From contig CAVQFJ010000018.1 in assembly GCA_963711715.1 (NCBI GenBank), forward strand, positions 92,137 to 156,136: a DNA stretch of 64,000 nucleotides. Direction: 5' to 3'. The position numbers were made by a program, and so were the translations under genes. The DNA is from an uncultured Actinomycetota bacterium. GTDB lineage: Bacteria; Actinomycetota; Actinomycetes; Mycobacteriales; Pseudonocardiaceae. Below the pieces are notes generated by a model. It ran no database searches. It worked only from the letters and a program-made list of their open reading frames with translations, and was not told the DNA's origin. This document shows, in pieces, positions 20,237-30,383 of this stretch; position 1 is the stretch's first letter; each line of letters starts with the position of its first letter.

Positions 20237-21004
20237 ATGCGAACGGTGTGCGGGACGGCGCGGAGGGTGCAGACGCTGATCGGGCGCGGCCGGTCACCGG
20301 GCCCCGCCATCCCGCAGGTGCGCCCCCTCGCCGGCGGGCGACGGCCGCTGCTGACCGACCGGCCCGGCGAGCAACGCCGTGGCGGCGCCCGGTTGGACCA
20401 GGTCGACGGCACCACGTGCGGCAGTGTCGTGCTCGTCGCGCTGTCCGCGTGGGCCGATCCGGCCGAGACACTGCGCCTGGACGGGACACTGCGCCTGGAC
20501 GGGACACTGCGCCTGGACGGGGAGCGCACCGCAGGCGCGGTCACCGGATCGGGGGCCGCGGCCGGGGCGACGGCCGGCGTCGCGGTGGGGTTCGGGGCCC
20601 GCTTCGACGCACGTCAGAAGCAGGTGCACCGGGAGTCGACGAGGTTCTGGCCGCAGTCGCTCGGCACGACGCCGTGGGGGATGGTCGGGTGGCTGCGGCG
20701 GCACGCGCCCGGCGCCGGGCCGTACCGGGTGCGCCTCGTCGACGACGTCTCCGCGCCGGATCTCACCGACGCGCTCGACGCGGTCGGGGGTGCGCTCTCC
20801 GCCGCCCGGCCGGTGCCGCTGCTCGTGGGGTCGCTGGTGCCGCGGCACTACGTGCTGGCGCTCGGACCGCAGGACGGCGACTGGCTGGTGTACGAGCCGA
20901 CGAGCGGGCAGGTGCGGGTGCTCTCGCCGGATCTGGTGCGGTCCCGTCGGCTCGCCCCGGTGCTCGGCTTCGACCGCCTCCACGCCGTCCTGCTCCCGGC
21001 CTGA
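20237..21004 (+). CDS. hypothetical protein, possible papain-fold (C39-like) cysteine peptidase, with an internal tandem repeat
   Basis: LDQVDGTTCGSVVL (Gln/Cys) and later PRHYVLALG..DGDWLVYEP (His/Asp) fit a Cys-His-Asp arrangement. ATG 20237 follows GGAGGA. Confidence 0.45.
   Translation: MRTVCGTARRVQTLIGRGRSPGPAIPQVRPLAGGRRPLLTDRPGEQRRGGARLDQVDGTTCGSVVLVALSAWADPAETLRLDGTLRLDGTLRLDGERTAGAVTGSGAAAGATAGVAVGFGARFDARQKQVHRESTRFWPQSLGTTPWGMVGWLRRHAPGAGPYRVRLVDDVSAPDLTDALDAVGGALSAARPVPLLVGSLVPRHYVLALGPQDGDWLVYEPTSGQVRVLSPDLVRSRRLAPVLGFDRLHAVLLPA
20467..20520 (+). repeat. perfect in-frame 18-bp x3 tandem repeat (GACACTGCGCCTGGACGG) encoding (TLRLDG)3
   Basis: Read directly: units at 20467, 20485 and 20503. 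Confidence 0.95.
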
Positions 21005-21070
21005 GCGGGCGCGTGCGGAACAACCCCGCCGTGGACGACCCCGCCGTGGGCGGCTCGTAGACTCGTCGGG

Positions 21071-23698
21071 GTGACCGAGACCCTCCCACCGCGCACGGCC
21101 GACCTCCCCGCCCAGTGGAACCCGGGCGAGGTGGAGGGCGGGATGTACCAGCGGTGGGTGGACGCCGGCTACTTCACCGCCGACGTGCACAGCGACAAGC
21201 CGCCGTTCAGCATCGTCATCCCGCCGCCCAACGTCACCGGCAGCCTGCACATGGGCCACGCCTTCCAGCACTCGCTGATGGACGCGCTGTGCCGGCGCCG
21301 TCGCATGCAGGGCTACGAGGTGCTCTGGCTACCCGGCATGGACCACGCTTCGATCGCCGTCCACGCGCTGGTCGAACGGGCCCTGGCCGAGGAGGGCACC
21401 AGCCGCCGCGAGCTGGGCCGCGACGCGTTCGTGGAGCGCACCTGGCAGTGGAAGGCCGAGCACGGCGGCAAGATCCTGGCCCAGATGCGCCGGCTCGGTG
21501 AGGGCGTCGACTGGACCCGTGAGCGGTTCACCATGGACGAGGGCTCCAACCGCGCCGTCCACACCATCTTCAAGCGGCTCTACGACGACGGGCTGATCTA
21601 CCGCGCGAAGCGGATGGTCAACTGGTCGCCCGAGATGCGCAGCGTGCTGTCGGACGCCGAGGTCATCCACCGGGAGGTGGAGGGCGAGCTGGTCTCGATG
21701 CGCTACGGGGACGGGGACTCGAGCGTCGTCGTCGCCACCACTCGGGTCGAGACGATGCTCGGCGACACCGCCGTCGCCGTCCACCCCGACGACGAGCGCT
21801 ACGCCCACCTCGTCGGGCGGGAGATCGAGCTGCCGCTCGTCGGGCGGATGATCCGGATCGTCGCCGACGAGCAGGTCGACCCGGCCTTCGGCACGGGCGC
21901 GGTGAAGGTCACGCCGGCGCACGATCCGAACGACTTCGAGATCGGCCGCCGCCACGACCTGCCGATGCCGACGATCATGGATGAGTCGGGCGTCATCACG
22001 GGCACCGGCACCCCGTTCGACGGGATGGACCGTTTCGCGGCTCGGGTCGCCGTCCGCGAGGCGCTGCGCGCGCAGGGCCGGATCGTCGCGGAGGAGCGGC
22101 CCTACCTCCACAGCGTCGGACACGCCGAGCGGGGCAAGAAGGAACCGGTCGAACCGCGGCTGTCGCTGCAGTGGTTCGTGAAGGTCGACCCGCTGGCCGA
22201 GGCCGCCGGCGACGCCGTGCGCCGCGGGGACGTCACCGTGCACCCGGCGGAGCTGGAACCCCGCTACTTCGCCTGGGTCGACCACATGCACGACTGGTGC
22301 ATCTCCCGGCAGCTGTGGTGGGGCCACCGCATCCCGGTCTGGTACGGGCCCGACGGCGAGGTCGTCTGCCCCGGCCCCGACGAGGTGCCGCCCGCGGGCT
22401 TCGTCCAGGACGACGACGTGCTCGACACGTGGTTCTCCTCGGGTCTGTGGCCGTTCTCCACGCTGGGCTGGCCGGACGAGACGTCCGACCTGGAGCGCTT
22501 CTACCCCACGTCCGTGCTGCTCACCGGCTACGACATCCTCTTCTTCTGGGTCGTCCGGATGATGATGTTCGGGCTCTACGCGATGGACGGCGTCCGCCCG
22601 TTCGACAGGGTCGTGCTCACCGGCATCATCCGCGACGCGCACGGTCGCAAGATGACGAAGTCCAACGGCAACGTCATCGACCCACTGCTGTGGATGGACG
22701 CCTACGGCACCGACGCGCTGCGCTTCGCCCTGGCGCGGATCGCCAACCCGGGCGTCGACGCGGGTATCGGCGATGACAACGTCGCGGCCGCCCGCAGCTT
22801 CGGAACCAAGCTGTGGAACGCCTCCCGGTTCGCGCTGTCGCACGGCGCATCGCCCGCGTTGCCGCTGCCGAGCGAGCCGACCGACGCCGACGCCTGGATC
22901 CTCGGCCGGCTGCGCGAGGTCCGCGAGCAGACCGACGCGCTGCTCGAGGACTTCCAGTTCGCGAAGGCGGTCGACGGGCTCTACCACTTCACCTGGGACG
23001 AGCTGTGCGACTGGTACCTGGAGCTGGCCAAGGTGCAGCTGCGCTCCGACGATCCCGCCACGGCCGACGGCACCCGTGCCGTGCTCGGGCACGTCCTCGA
23101 CGCGCTGCTGCGGCTGCTGCACCCGGTGATGCCGTTCATCACCGAGGCGCTGTGGCAGCCGCTGACGGGTGGGGAGTCGGTCGTCGTGGCGCCGTGGCCG
23201 GTCGACGCCGGGGCGCCGCCGGATCCGGTGGCCGCCGCCCGGGTCGAGAACGTGCAGCGGCTGGTCACGGAGGTCCGCCGGTTCCGCACGGAGCAGCGGG
23301 TGCCCGACGTCCGGCGCGTCGCCGCCCGCATCGTCGGGCTGGACGAGGCCGGCCTCGCCGGGCACCGGGCGGCCGTCTCGTCCCTGGTCCGGCTGGTGGA
23401 GCCGGGGCCCGACTTCGCGCCGACGGCCACCCTGGAGGTCGTCCTGACCACCGGCACCGTCCTCGTCGAGCTGGACACGTCGGACGCCCTCGACGTCGCC
23501 GCCGAACGGGCCCGGCTCGGGCGCGACCTCGCCGCCGCCGAGAAGGAGCTCGAGCAGGCCGAGCGCAAGCTCGGCAACCCGAGGTTCGTGGAGAAGGCGC
23601 CGACCGAGGTGGTCGACGGGATCCGAGCGCGCCGGGCGGCCGCGGTGGCCGAGATCGCCCGGGTCACGGCCCGGCTCGCGGTCCTGCCGGCATCGTGA
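21071..23698 (+). CDS. valS: valine--tRNA ligase
   Basis: HMGH motif ([15 protein letters not shown]), KMTKS motif, C-terminal coiled coil. Confidence 0.97.
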   Translation: MTETLPPRTADLPAQWNPGEVEGGMYQRWVDAGYFTADVHSDKPPFSIVIPPPNVTGSLHMGHAFQHSLMDALCRRRRMQGYEVLWLPGMDHASIAVHALVERALAEEGTSRRELGRDAFVERTWQWKAEHGGKILAQMRRLGEGVDWTRERFTMDEGSNRAVHTIFKRLYDDGLIYRAKRMVNWSPEMRSVLSDAEVIHREVEGELVSMRYGDGDSSVVVATTRVETMLGDTAVAVHPDDERYAHLVGREIELPLVGRMIRIVADEQVDPAFGTGAVKVTPAHDPNDFEIGRRHDLPMPTIMDESGVITGTGTPFDGMDRFAARVAVREALRAQGRIVAEERPYLHSVGHAERGKKEPVEPRLSLQWFVKVDPLAEAAGDAVRRGDVTVHPAELEPRYFAWVDHMHDWCISRQLWWGHRIPVWYGPDGEVVCPGPDEVPPAGFVQDDDVLDTWFSSGLWPFSTLGWPDETSDLERFYPTSVLLTGYDILFFWVVRMMMFGLYAMDGVRPFDRVVLTGIIRDAHGRKMTKSNGNVIDPLLWMDAYGTDALRFALARIANPGVDAGIGDDNVAAARSFGTKLWNASRFALSHGASPALPLPSEPTDADAWILGRLREVREQTDALLEDFQFAKAVDGLYHFTWDELCDWYLELAKVQLRSDDPATADGTRAVLGHVLDALLRLLHPVMPFITEALWQPLTGGESVVVAPWPVDAGAPPDPVAAARVENVQRLVTEVRRFRTEQRVPDVRRVAARIVGLDEAGLAGHRAAVSSLVRLVEPGPDFAPTATLEVVLTTGTVLVELDTSDALDVAAERARLGRDLAAAEKELEQAERKLGNPRFVEKAPTEVVDGIRARRAAAVAEIARVTARLAVLPAS

Positions 23699-23926
23699 CC
23701 GAGCTTGCGAGGTCACCATTCAACACAGCACCGCCGGGCACGGCGGCGACGAGCGTCAGCGGGGAGCAGACGTGACCGAGCTTGCGAGGTCACCATCCAA
23801 CACAGCACCGCCGGGCACGGCGGCGACGAGCGTCAGCGAGGAGCAGACGTGACCGAGCTTGCGAGGTCACCATCCAACACAGCACCGCCGGGCACGGCGG
23901 CGACGAGCGTCAGCGAGGAGCTGACG
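23696..23926 (+). repeat. 77-bp tandem repeat x3 (MIRU-like) filling the valS-folC junction
   Basis: Unit starts at 23696, 23773 and 23850, with the fourth boundary at 23927. There are 3 substitutions among the copies. Each unit carries a GTG...TGA mini-ORF of 26 codons. Confidence 0.95.
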
Positions 23927-25392
23927 TGACCGGGCCCGAGGGTGACGGCGAGGTCCCGACCCACGAGGACGCCGTGATCTCCCACGTCCTCGACGCGATC
24001 CGCGGGAGCGATACCCCCGACGTCGTCCCCGAGACGTCCAGCGTGGCCGACTTCGCGGAGTTCCTCGCCGTCGAGGCCGCCCTGGACCGGCGCTGGCCCG
24101 AGACGGTGATGACGCCGTCGCTCGACCGGATCTCCGCGCTCGTCGACGTGCTGGGCGAGCCGCACCGCGGCTACCCCGTCGTGCACCTGACCGGCACGAA
24201 CGGAAAGACGTCGACCGCGCGGATGATCGACGCCCTGCTCACGGAGATCGGCCTGCGCACCGGGCGCTACACCAGCCCGCACCTGCAGCGCGCCACCGAG
24301 CGGATCAGCATCGACGGCCGACCCGTCACGCCCGAGCGCTACGTCCAGGTCTACCGGGACGTCGCGCCCTTCGTCGAGCTGGTCGATGCGGGCGAGAGCG
24401 AGCAGTTGTCGAAGTTCGAGGTGCTCACGGCGATGGGCTTCGCGGCGTTCGCCGACGCGCCGGTCGAGGCCGGGATCGTCGAGGTCGGACTGGGCGGGCG
24501 CTGGGACGCGACCAACGTCGTCGACGCCGGCGTCGCCGTGGTCACCCCGATCGGCCTGGACCACGCCGAGTTCCTGGGGCTCGACGTCGTCGCGATCGCG
24601 AAGGAGAAGGCCGGGATCATCAAGGCGGGAGCGGTGGCGGTGCTGGCCGCCCAGGAGGACAAGGCCGTGGCCGAGGTGCTGCTGGAGCGCTGCGTCGAGG
24701 TGGACGCCCAGGTGGCGCGCGAGGGCGCCGAGTTCGGGGTGCGCGAGCGCGAGATCGCGGTGGGCGGGCAGCGCATCACGCTGCAGGGTCTCGGCGGCAC
24801 GATCGACGACATCTTCCTGCCGCTGCACGGGGAGCACCAGGCCCGCAACGCGGCGCTGGCGCTGGCCGCCACCGAGGCGCTCGTCGGGGCCGGACCGCAC
24901 CAACCGCTGGACCCGGACGTCGTCCGCGCGGCCTTCGCCGGAGTGTCCTCACCCGGCCGGCTCGAGCGACTGGCCGCCGGTCCGGGGGTGCCGACCGTGC
25001 TCTGCGACGCCGCGCACAACCCGCACGGAGCCCGCGCGCTCGCGGCCGCCCTCACCACCGAGTTCCGGTTCACGCGGCTCGTCGGCGTGATCGCGGTGAT
25101 GCGCGACAAGGACGCCAGGGGCATGCTCCAGGAGCTGGAACCAGTGCTCGGCGAGGTCGTGGTCACGGCGAACTCCTCGGCGCGCACCATGGACCCCGAC
25201 CAGCTCGGCGCGCTCGCGGTCGAAGTGTTCGGCGGTGACCGCGTCAGCGTCGAACCGGTGTTCGCCGACGCCGTCGCGCAGGCCGCCGAGCTGGCCGAGG
25301 AAGGCGGCGAGTCCGGGGTGGGTGTGATCGTCACGGGTTCCGTCGTGACCGCGGGTGAGGCACGTGCGCTGTTCGGGAAGGAGCCGTCGTGA
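23926..25392 (+). CDS. folC: bifunctional folylpolyglutamate synthase / dihydrofolate synthase
   Basis: HLTGTNGKTSTARM P-loop and Mur-ligase-type domains. The start is placed at GTG 23926, which overlaps the last mini-ORF stop. The upstream in-frame part of ORF 23782..25392 is repeat sequence. Confidence 0.9.
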   Translation: MTGPEGDGEVPTHEDAVISHVLDAIRGSDTPDVVPETSSVADFAEFLAVEAALDRRWPETVMTPSLDRISALVDVLGEPHRGYPVVHLTGTNGKTSTARMIDALLTEIGLRTGRYTSPHLQRATERISIDGRPVTPERYVQVYRDVAPFVELVDAGESEQLSKFEVLTAMGFAAFADAPVEAGIVEVGLGGRWDATNVVDAGVAVVTPIGLDHAEFLGLDVVAIAKEKAGIIKAGAVAVLAAQEDKAVAEVLLERCVEVDAQVAREGAEFGVREREIAVGGQRITLQGLGGTIDDIFLPLHGEHQARNAALALAATEALVGAGPHQPLDPDVVRAAFAGVSSPGRLERLAAGPGVPTVLCDAAHNPHGARALAAALTTEFRFTRLVGVIAVMRDKDARGMLQELEPVLGEVVVTANSSARTMDPDQLGALAVEVFGGDRVSVEPVFADAVAQAAELAEEGGESGVGVIVTGSVVTAGEARALFGKEPS

Positions 25393-25781
25393 GTCAGCCC
25401 GCGCGAGTGGGTCCCGACCCGATGAAGGGGCTGCGGGGTGTCTTCGCCGCCACCCTCGTGCTCGAGTCCATCGTGGTGCTGCTCGCGCTGCTGGTGCTGC
25501 CGAAGTTCGGCGGTGGCGGCACCCCGGCCGGGCTCGGGGTCATCGCCGCCGTGGCCGTCGCCATGATCGTCGCTGCCGGGTTGCAGCGGCGCCCGTGGGG
25601 GCTGGGTCTGGCGCTCGGCCTGCAGGTGGCGATGATCGCGTGCGGTCTGCTCGTTCCCGCGCTGGGTGCGCTGGGCGTCGTGTTCGCGCTCGTGTGGGGT
25701 GGGCTGCTGCTGCTGCGTCGCGACGTCGCCGGGAAGATGGCGCGCGGCGAGCTGCCCGCTCAGCAGATCCGGGAACCGTAA
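25389..25781 (+). CDS. DUF4233 family membrane protein
   Basis: GLRGVFAATLVLESIVVLLALLV and about 4 TM segments. GTGA overlap with folC. It occupies the conserved folC-X-ndk position. Confidence 0.75.
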   Translation: MSQPARVGPDPMKGLRGVFAATLVLESIVVLLALLVLPKFGGGGTPAGLGVIAAVAVAMIVAAGLQRRPWGLGLALGLQVAMIACGLLVPALGALGVVFALVWGGLLLLRRDVAGKMARGELPAQQIREP

Positions 25782-25816
25782 GAACATCCGCCTGCCGGAC
25801 CGGGCACAGTGGGGGA

Positions 25817-26389
25817 ATGGCCACGTCCACTTCCACCTCCACGTCCACGCGCCCGCGCTACCGCCGCCCCGTCGTACTGGTCGGGCTCGCCGTCGGTGCC
25901 GTGCTCGCGGTGGTGGCGCTGTCGCTGTTCCAGCCCTGGAAGCTCGTCGTGGACCAGAGCGTGGACGAGGCCCCGCCGCTCGCTGCGGCGCCGTTCGCGC
26001 CCGTCCCCGCTGCACCCGAGGCGGCGCCCGTGGTCCTCGCGCGCGGGGAGTTCCTCAGCCACGAGCACGCGACCACCGGCTCGGTGGTGGTCCTGGGCCT
26101 GCCCGACGGTTCCCGGGTGCTGCGGCTGGAGGACCTCGACACCAGCAACGGGCCGCTGCTCAAGGTGTGGATCACCGACGCGCCGGTGGTCGCGGGCCGG
26201 GCCGGCTGGAACGTGTTCGACGACGGTCGGTGGGTGGACCTCGGTGATCTGAAGGGCAACGTCGGCAGCTCGAACTACCCGCTGCCGGCCGAGGTGGACC
26301 TGGCGGAGCTGTCCAGCGTGAGCATCTGGTGCGAGCGGTTCAGCGTCTCGTTCGGCGCCGCCGCCCTGGAGCCAGCCGCAGCGGGGTGA
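25817..26389 (+). CDS. DM13 domain-containing protein (N-terminal TM anchor)
   Basis: [61 protein letters not shown]. The N-terminus contains a (TS)n run. Confidence 0.6.
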   Translation: MATSTSTSTSTRPRYRRPVVLVGLAVGAVLAVVALSLFQPWKLVVDQSVDEAPPLAAAPFAPVPAAPEAAPVVLARGEFLSHEHATTGSVVVLGLPDGSRVLRLEDLDTSNGPLLKVWITDAPVVAGRAGWNVFDDGRWVDLGDLKGNVGSSNYPLPAEVDLAELSSVSIWCERFSVSFGAAALEPAAAG

Positions 26390-26433
26390 CGGGCGGCCAC
26401 GGCGCGGGCACCGGTCGTCGATACGCTCGGCGG

Positions 26434-26844
26434 GTGACGGAACGCACCCTGGTCCTGGTCAAGCCCGACGGCGTCGAGCGCAAGCTGATCGGCGAGGTCC
26501 TCGCCCGCATCGAGCGCAAGGGCCTCGACATCGTCGCCCTCGAACTGCGCACCGTCGACCGTGAGCTCGCGAGCCAGCACTACGCCGAGCACGACGGCAA
26601 GCCCTTCTTCGCGTCGCTGCTCGACTTCATCACCTCCGGTCCGGTGCTCGCCGCGGTGGTCGAGGGTCCGCGGGCCATCGCCGCCTGGCGCCAGCTCGCC
26701 GGCGGCACCGACCCGGTGGACAAGGCGACGGCGGGCAGTCTGCGCGGCGACTTCGCCCTGGAGACGCAGTCGAACCTCGTGCACGGCTCGGACTCCGCCG
26801 AGAGCGCCGCCCGCGAGCTGAAGCTCTGGTTCCCGCACCTGTAG
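26434..26844 (+). CDS. ndk: nucleoside-diphosphate kinase
   Basis: [36 protein letters not shown] (active-site His). Confidence 0.95.
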   Translation: MTERTLVLVKPDGVERKLIGEVLARIERKGLDIVALELRTVDRELASQHYAEHDGKPFFASLLDFITSGPVLAAVVEGPRAIAAWRQLAGGTDPVDKATAGSLRGDFALETQSNLVHGSDSAESAARELKLWFPHL

Positions 26845-26929
26845 GCGCCGCCGGCCGCGGGATCGACCGTGACCGGAGCTCGGCTGCGAGCCGGGCGTCC
26901 TGTCGGGGCCGCGGGCTACCGTTCCTGTC

Positions 26930-27853
26930 GTGGGGGACGGGCTGGTCCAGGCCAGGGGGCTGCGCAAGCAGTTCGGTGACGTCGAGGCCGTGCGCGGCAT
27001 CGACGTCGACGTCGCCAAGGGCGAGGTGTTCGGCTTCCTCGGCCCCAACGGTGCGGGCAAGTCGTCCACGATGCGGATGATCGCCTGTGTGTCACCACGC
27101 ACCGGCGGCACGTTGCAGGTGCTCGGCATGGACCCCGGGCCCGACGGTCCGCGCATCCGCGCCCGCATCGGCGTGGTCCCGCAGCTCGACAACCTCGACA
27201 ACGAGCTGACCGTGCGCCAGAACCTCCAGATCTACGGCCGCTACTTCGGGTTGCCGCGGGCGCTGGTGCGGGCCAGGGCCGCCGAGCTGCTCGAGTTCGC
27301 GCGCCTCACCGAGCGCGCCGACGAACCGGTCGAGCCGCTCTCGGGCGGGTTGAAGCGGCGGCTCACCATCGCCCGCTCGCTGATCAACGACCCGGAGCTG
27401 CTGCTGCTGGACGAGCCCACGACCGGGCTCGATCCGCAGGCTCGCCACCTGCTGTGGGAGCGGCTCTACCGGCTCAAGCGCGAGGGCGTCACCCAGATCA
27501 TCACCACCCACTACATGGACGAGGCCGAGCAGCTCTGCGACCGCCTCGTCGTCATGGACGACGGCGTGATCGTGGCGGAGGGCTCGCCCGCCGAGCTCAT
27601 CGGCCGGTACTCCACCCGCGAGGTCCTGGAGCTGCGGTTCACCCCCGAGCTGCGCCCGGCGATCGACGCGCTGTCGCCGCAGGTCGAGCGGGTGGAGGAG
27701 CTGCCCGATCGGCTCCTGCTCTACACCGGCGACGGCGAGCACGCGCTCAGGGAGGTGCAACGCAACGGGGCACGTCCGCTCTCGGCGCTGGTGCGCCGCT
27801 CCACGCTCGAGGACGTGTTCCTGCGCCTCACCGGTCGACGCCTGGTGGACTGA
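26930..27853 (+). CDS. ABC transporter ATP-binding protein (DrrA-like, ABC-2 exporter)
   Basis: Walker A GPNGAGKSST, signature LSGGLKRR, Walker B LLLLDEPT. Confidence 0.9.
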   Translation: MGDGLVQARGLRKQFGDVEAVRGIDVDVAKGEVFGFLGPNGAGKSSTMRMIACVSPRTGGTLQVLGMDPGPDGPRIRARIGVVPQLDNLDNELTVRQNLQIYGRYFGLPRALVRARAAELLEFARLTERADEPVEPLSGGLKRRLTIARSLINDPELLLLDEPTTGLDPQARHLLWERLYRLKREGVTQIITTHYMDEAEQLCDRLVVMDDGVIVAEGSPAELIGRYSTREVLELRFTPELRPAIDALSPQVERVEELPDRLLLYTGDGEHALREVQRNGARPLSALVRRSTLEDVFLRLTGRRLVD

Positions 27854-28680
27854 TGGTCGTCGTGGACGGCACCCGGCCGGACCGGGCGGTCCCCGGCCAC
27901 GGGCAGGGCGTGCTGCTCGTGATCGAGCACTTCTGGACCTGGTACCGGCGCAACTGGCGGGCCACTGCCGTGTCGTCGGTCCTGCAGCCGCTGCTGTTCC
28001 TGCTGGCGTTCGGCGTGGGCTTCGGGTCGCTCGTCGAGGGCACCGGCCGGGTCGCCGAGGCCACCGGGGGCGTGGAGTACCTGGTGTGGCTGGCGCCGGC
28101 GCTGTTGGCGGTGTCGGCGGTGCAGAGCGCAGCCTTCGAGTCCACCTACCCCGTGCTGTCGGGGTTCAAGTGGTCGCGGATCTTCCACGCCATGACGGCC
28201 GGCCCGATCACGCCAGGGCAGATCGCGCTGGGTCAGATCGGATGGACGGCGGCGAAGATCGCCGGTTCCGGGGCGATCTACGTCGTCGTGATCGCGGCGG
28301 TCGGAGGGGTCACGAGCCCGGGCATCGTGGTCTCGCTGCTGGCGGCGGTGCTCACCGGCACGGCGGTCGCCGCGCTGGTCACGGCGTTCTCGGCCACGGT
28401 GCAGAGCGAAGGTGCGGCCTTCGCCGCGATCTTCCGGTTCGTCGTGATCCCGATGACGCTGTTCTCCGGCACGTTCTTCCCCGTCGACCGCCTCCCCGAC
28501 TGGATCGAGCCCATCGCCTGGGTCTCACCGCTGTGGCACGGCACCGTCCTGGCCCGATCGGCCGCGCTCGGACAGTGGGAGCCGCTGGCCGCGCTCGGTC
28601 ACCTCGCCTACCTGGTCGCGCTCGTCGCGGTCGGAGCCGGTCTCGCCACCCGCCTGTTCACCAGGCGGCTGACCCGATGA
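27853..28680 (+). CDS. ABC-2 type transporter permease
   Basis: Six-TM profile. ATGA-type overlap with the ATPase stop. Confidence 0.8.
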   Translation: MVVVDGTRPDRAVPGHGQGVLLVIEHFWTWYRRNWRATAVSSVLQPLLFLLAFGVGFGSLVEGTGRVAEATGGVEYLVWLAPALLAVSAVQSAAFESTYPVLSGFKWSRIFHAMTAGPITPGQIALGQIGWTAAKIAGSGAIYVVVIAAVGGVTSPGIVVSLLAAVLTGTAVAALVTAFSATVQSEGAAFAAIFRFVVIPMTLFSGTFFPVDRLPDWIEPIAWVSPLWHGTVLARSAALGQWEPLAALGHLAYLVALVAVGAGLATRLFTRRLTR

Positions 28681-29501
28681 CTGAGCTCGTGCCCCGTGCG
28701 CCGTCGGCCGTGGTCTGGTTGCTGCCGGCGGGCAGCTATGCAGGCCGCTCCCGCGCGTTGCTGGTCCGCTCGGCGACGGCGTCTCGCCGGGCCTGGCTGA
28801 CGTTCGTGTCCGGCTTCTTCGAGCCGGTGTTCTACCTCCTCGCGATGGGTCAGGGCCTCGGCTCGCTCGTCGGCACGCTGCCGGGTCCGGACGGCGCCCC
28901 GATCAGCTACGCCGCGTTCATCGCGCCGGGCCTGCTCGCGGCGTCGGCCATGAACGGTGCGGTGTTCGACTCGACGTTCAACGTGTTCTTCAAGCTCAAG
29001 TACGCCCGGCTGTACGACGCGATGCTGGCCACGCCACTCGGACCGGTCGACGTCGCACTCGGCGAGATCGGTTGGGCACTCATCCGGGGCGGGCTCTACG
29101 CCGTCGGCTTCCTGACGGTGATGGCCGGGTTCGGGCTGATCGTCTCGCCGTGGGCGCTGCTCGCGCTGCCCGCCGCGCTGGTGGTGGCGTTCGCGTTCGC
29201 CGCCGTCGGGATGGCCGCGACGTCGTACATGCGGTCATGGCAGGACTTCGATCTGGTCACCCTCGTGGTGCTGCCGATGTTCCTGTTCGCCACCACCTTC
29301 TACCCGCTGTCGGTGTACCCGCGGTGGCTGCAGATCGTGGTGGAGTGCCTGCCGCTGTTCCACGCGGTCGAGCTGATGCGCGCACTCACCACCGGCGTCG
29401 TGCACGTCGGACTGCTCGGGCACCTCGCCTACTTCGCGGTGATGATCGCGGTCGGGATCGCTGTGGCGGCCCGACGGCTGGAGGTCCTCCTGCGACGTTG
29501 A
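28677..29501 (+). CDS. ABC-2 type transporter permease (second subunit)
   Basis: Paralogous to the preceding permease (FFPV/FYPLS..W..PL.H motif region). 4-nt overlap. Confidence 0.8.
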   Translation: MTELVPRAPSAVVWLLPAGSYAGRSRALLVRSATASRRAWLTFVSGFFEPVFYLLAMGQGLGSLVGTLPGPDGAPISYAAFIAPGLLAASAMNGAVFDSTFNVFFKLKYARLYDAMLATPLGPVDVALGEIGWALIRGGLYAVGFLTVMAGFGLIVSPWALLALPAALVVAFAFAAVGMAATSYMRSWQDFDLVTLVVLPMFLFATTFYPLSVYPRWLQIVVECLPLFHAVELMRALTTGVVHVGLLGHLAYFAVMIAVGIAVAARRLEVLLRR

Positions 29502-29568
29502 CCCTCCGATCCGACCACCCGGCGTGGCACGGGTGGCTGGGCGCGCGCGGGGGGTCGAGAATGGCGCC

Positions 29569-30360
29569 ATGACGGTCACCTCGCGGCGCCCCGCCCTCGC
29601 CGATCTCGTGCGGAGTGCCGTCGTCGCGCTGCTGGCCGTCATGCAGGTCGTCGTGTCGGGCATCGGGGGCAGCGGTGTCGGAGGAGAGTCGGTGGGCGTG
29701 GTGGCCAACGACTACGCCACCCCGCTGCTCGCCGCCGGCTGGGCCTTCGCGATCTGGGCGCCGATCTACACCGGATTCCTCGCCTATGCGGTCTACCAGC
29801 TGCTCCCGAGCCAGCGCAGCCGCCCGATCCACCGCATGACGGGCTGGTGGCTGGCCGCGTCGGCGGTGTTCAACGCGGGGTGGATCGTGGCCTTCGCCGC
29901 GCGCTGGCTGCCGCTGGCCGAGCTGCTGATCGTCGCCCTGCTGGTCACCCTCGCGGTCGTGTTCGGTCGGTTGAGCCGAGAGCCGGCCAGCGGCGTGCTC
30001 GAACGGGTCGTCCTGCGCGGGACCGTTGCGCTCTACACCGGGTGGGTGTCGCTGGCCACGGTGCTCGGTACCGCCGCCACCGGCGTCTGGATCGGCCTGC
30101 CGGGCGAGGGGGCACTGGCGGTGGTGGCCGCGGTCGTCGTGCTGCTGGTCGCGGCCGCGATCGTCGCGTGGGTCGTCCTGTCCGCCACCGCGGTGGTGGC
30201 CTACGCCGCCGCGTGCGTGTGGGCACTGACGGGCATCGCGCTGAACGACCCGCCGGCGGCCGTGGTCGTCACCGGAGCCGTCGCGATCGTGGTCGTGCTC
30301 GGGGCGACCCTCCGCCGGGTGACCACGGCCGGCAACCCGGTCCGCGCCGCCTGGGGCTGA
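29569..30360 (+). CDS. integral membrane protein, TspO/MBR-like (tryptophan-rich)
   Basis: ANDYATPLLAAGWAFAIWAPIYTGFLAYAVYQLLP and multiple TM segments. The start is uncertain (29524 or 29569). Confidence 0.5.
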   Translation: MTVTSRRPALADLVRSAVVALLAVMQVVVSGIGGSGVGGESVGVVANDYATPLLAAGWAFAIWAPIYTGFLAYAVYQLLPSQRSRPIHRMTGWWLAASAVFNAGWIVAFAARWLPLAELLIVALLVTLAVVFGRLSREPASGVLERVVLRGTVALYTGWVSLATVLGTAATGVWIGLPGEGALAVVAAVVVLLVAAAIVAWVVLSATAVVAYAAACVWALTGIALNDPPAAVVVTGAVAIVVVLGATLRRVTTAGNPVRAAWG

Positions 30361-30383
30361 GCCGGGGGCTACCCTGGGCCAGC

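Noticed and set aside
21071-21079. valS begins with GTGACCGAG, the same 9 nt that open each 77-bp repeat unit
   Set aside because: A 9-nt match made of common high-GC codons (V-T-E) is easily coincidental. There is no extended similarity beyond it.
23695-23929. Whether the 77-bp repeats could be a CRISPR array
   Set aside because: The units are directly contiguous with no unique spacers, sit inside an operon junction and are translatable in phase. No cas genes are in the window.
25820-25850. (ACS TCC)n-like microsatellite encoding TSTSTSTST at the DM13 protein N-terminus
   Set aside because: It is imperfect at the DNA level (acg/act and tcc/tcc/tcc variants) and short. It is probably just a low-complexity linker before the TM anchor.
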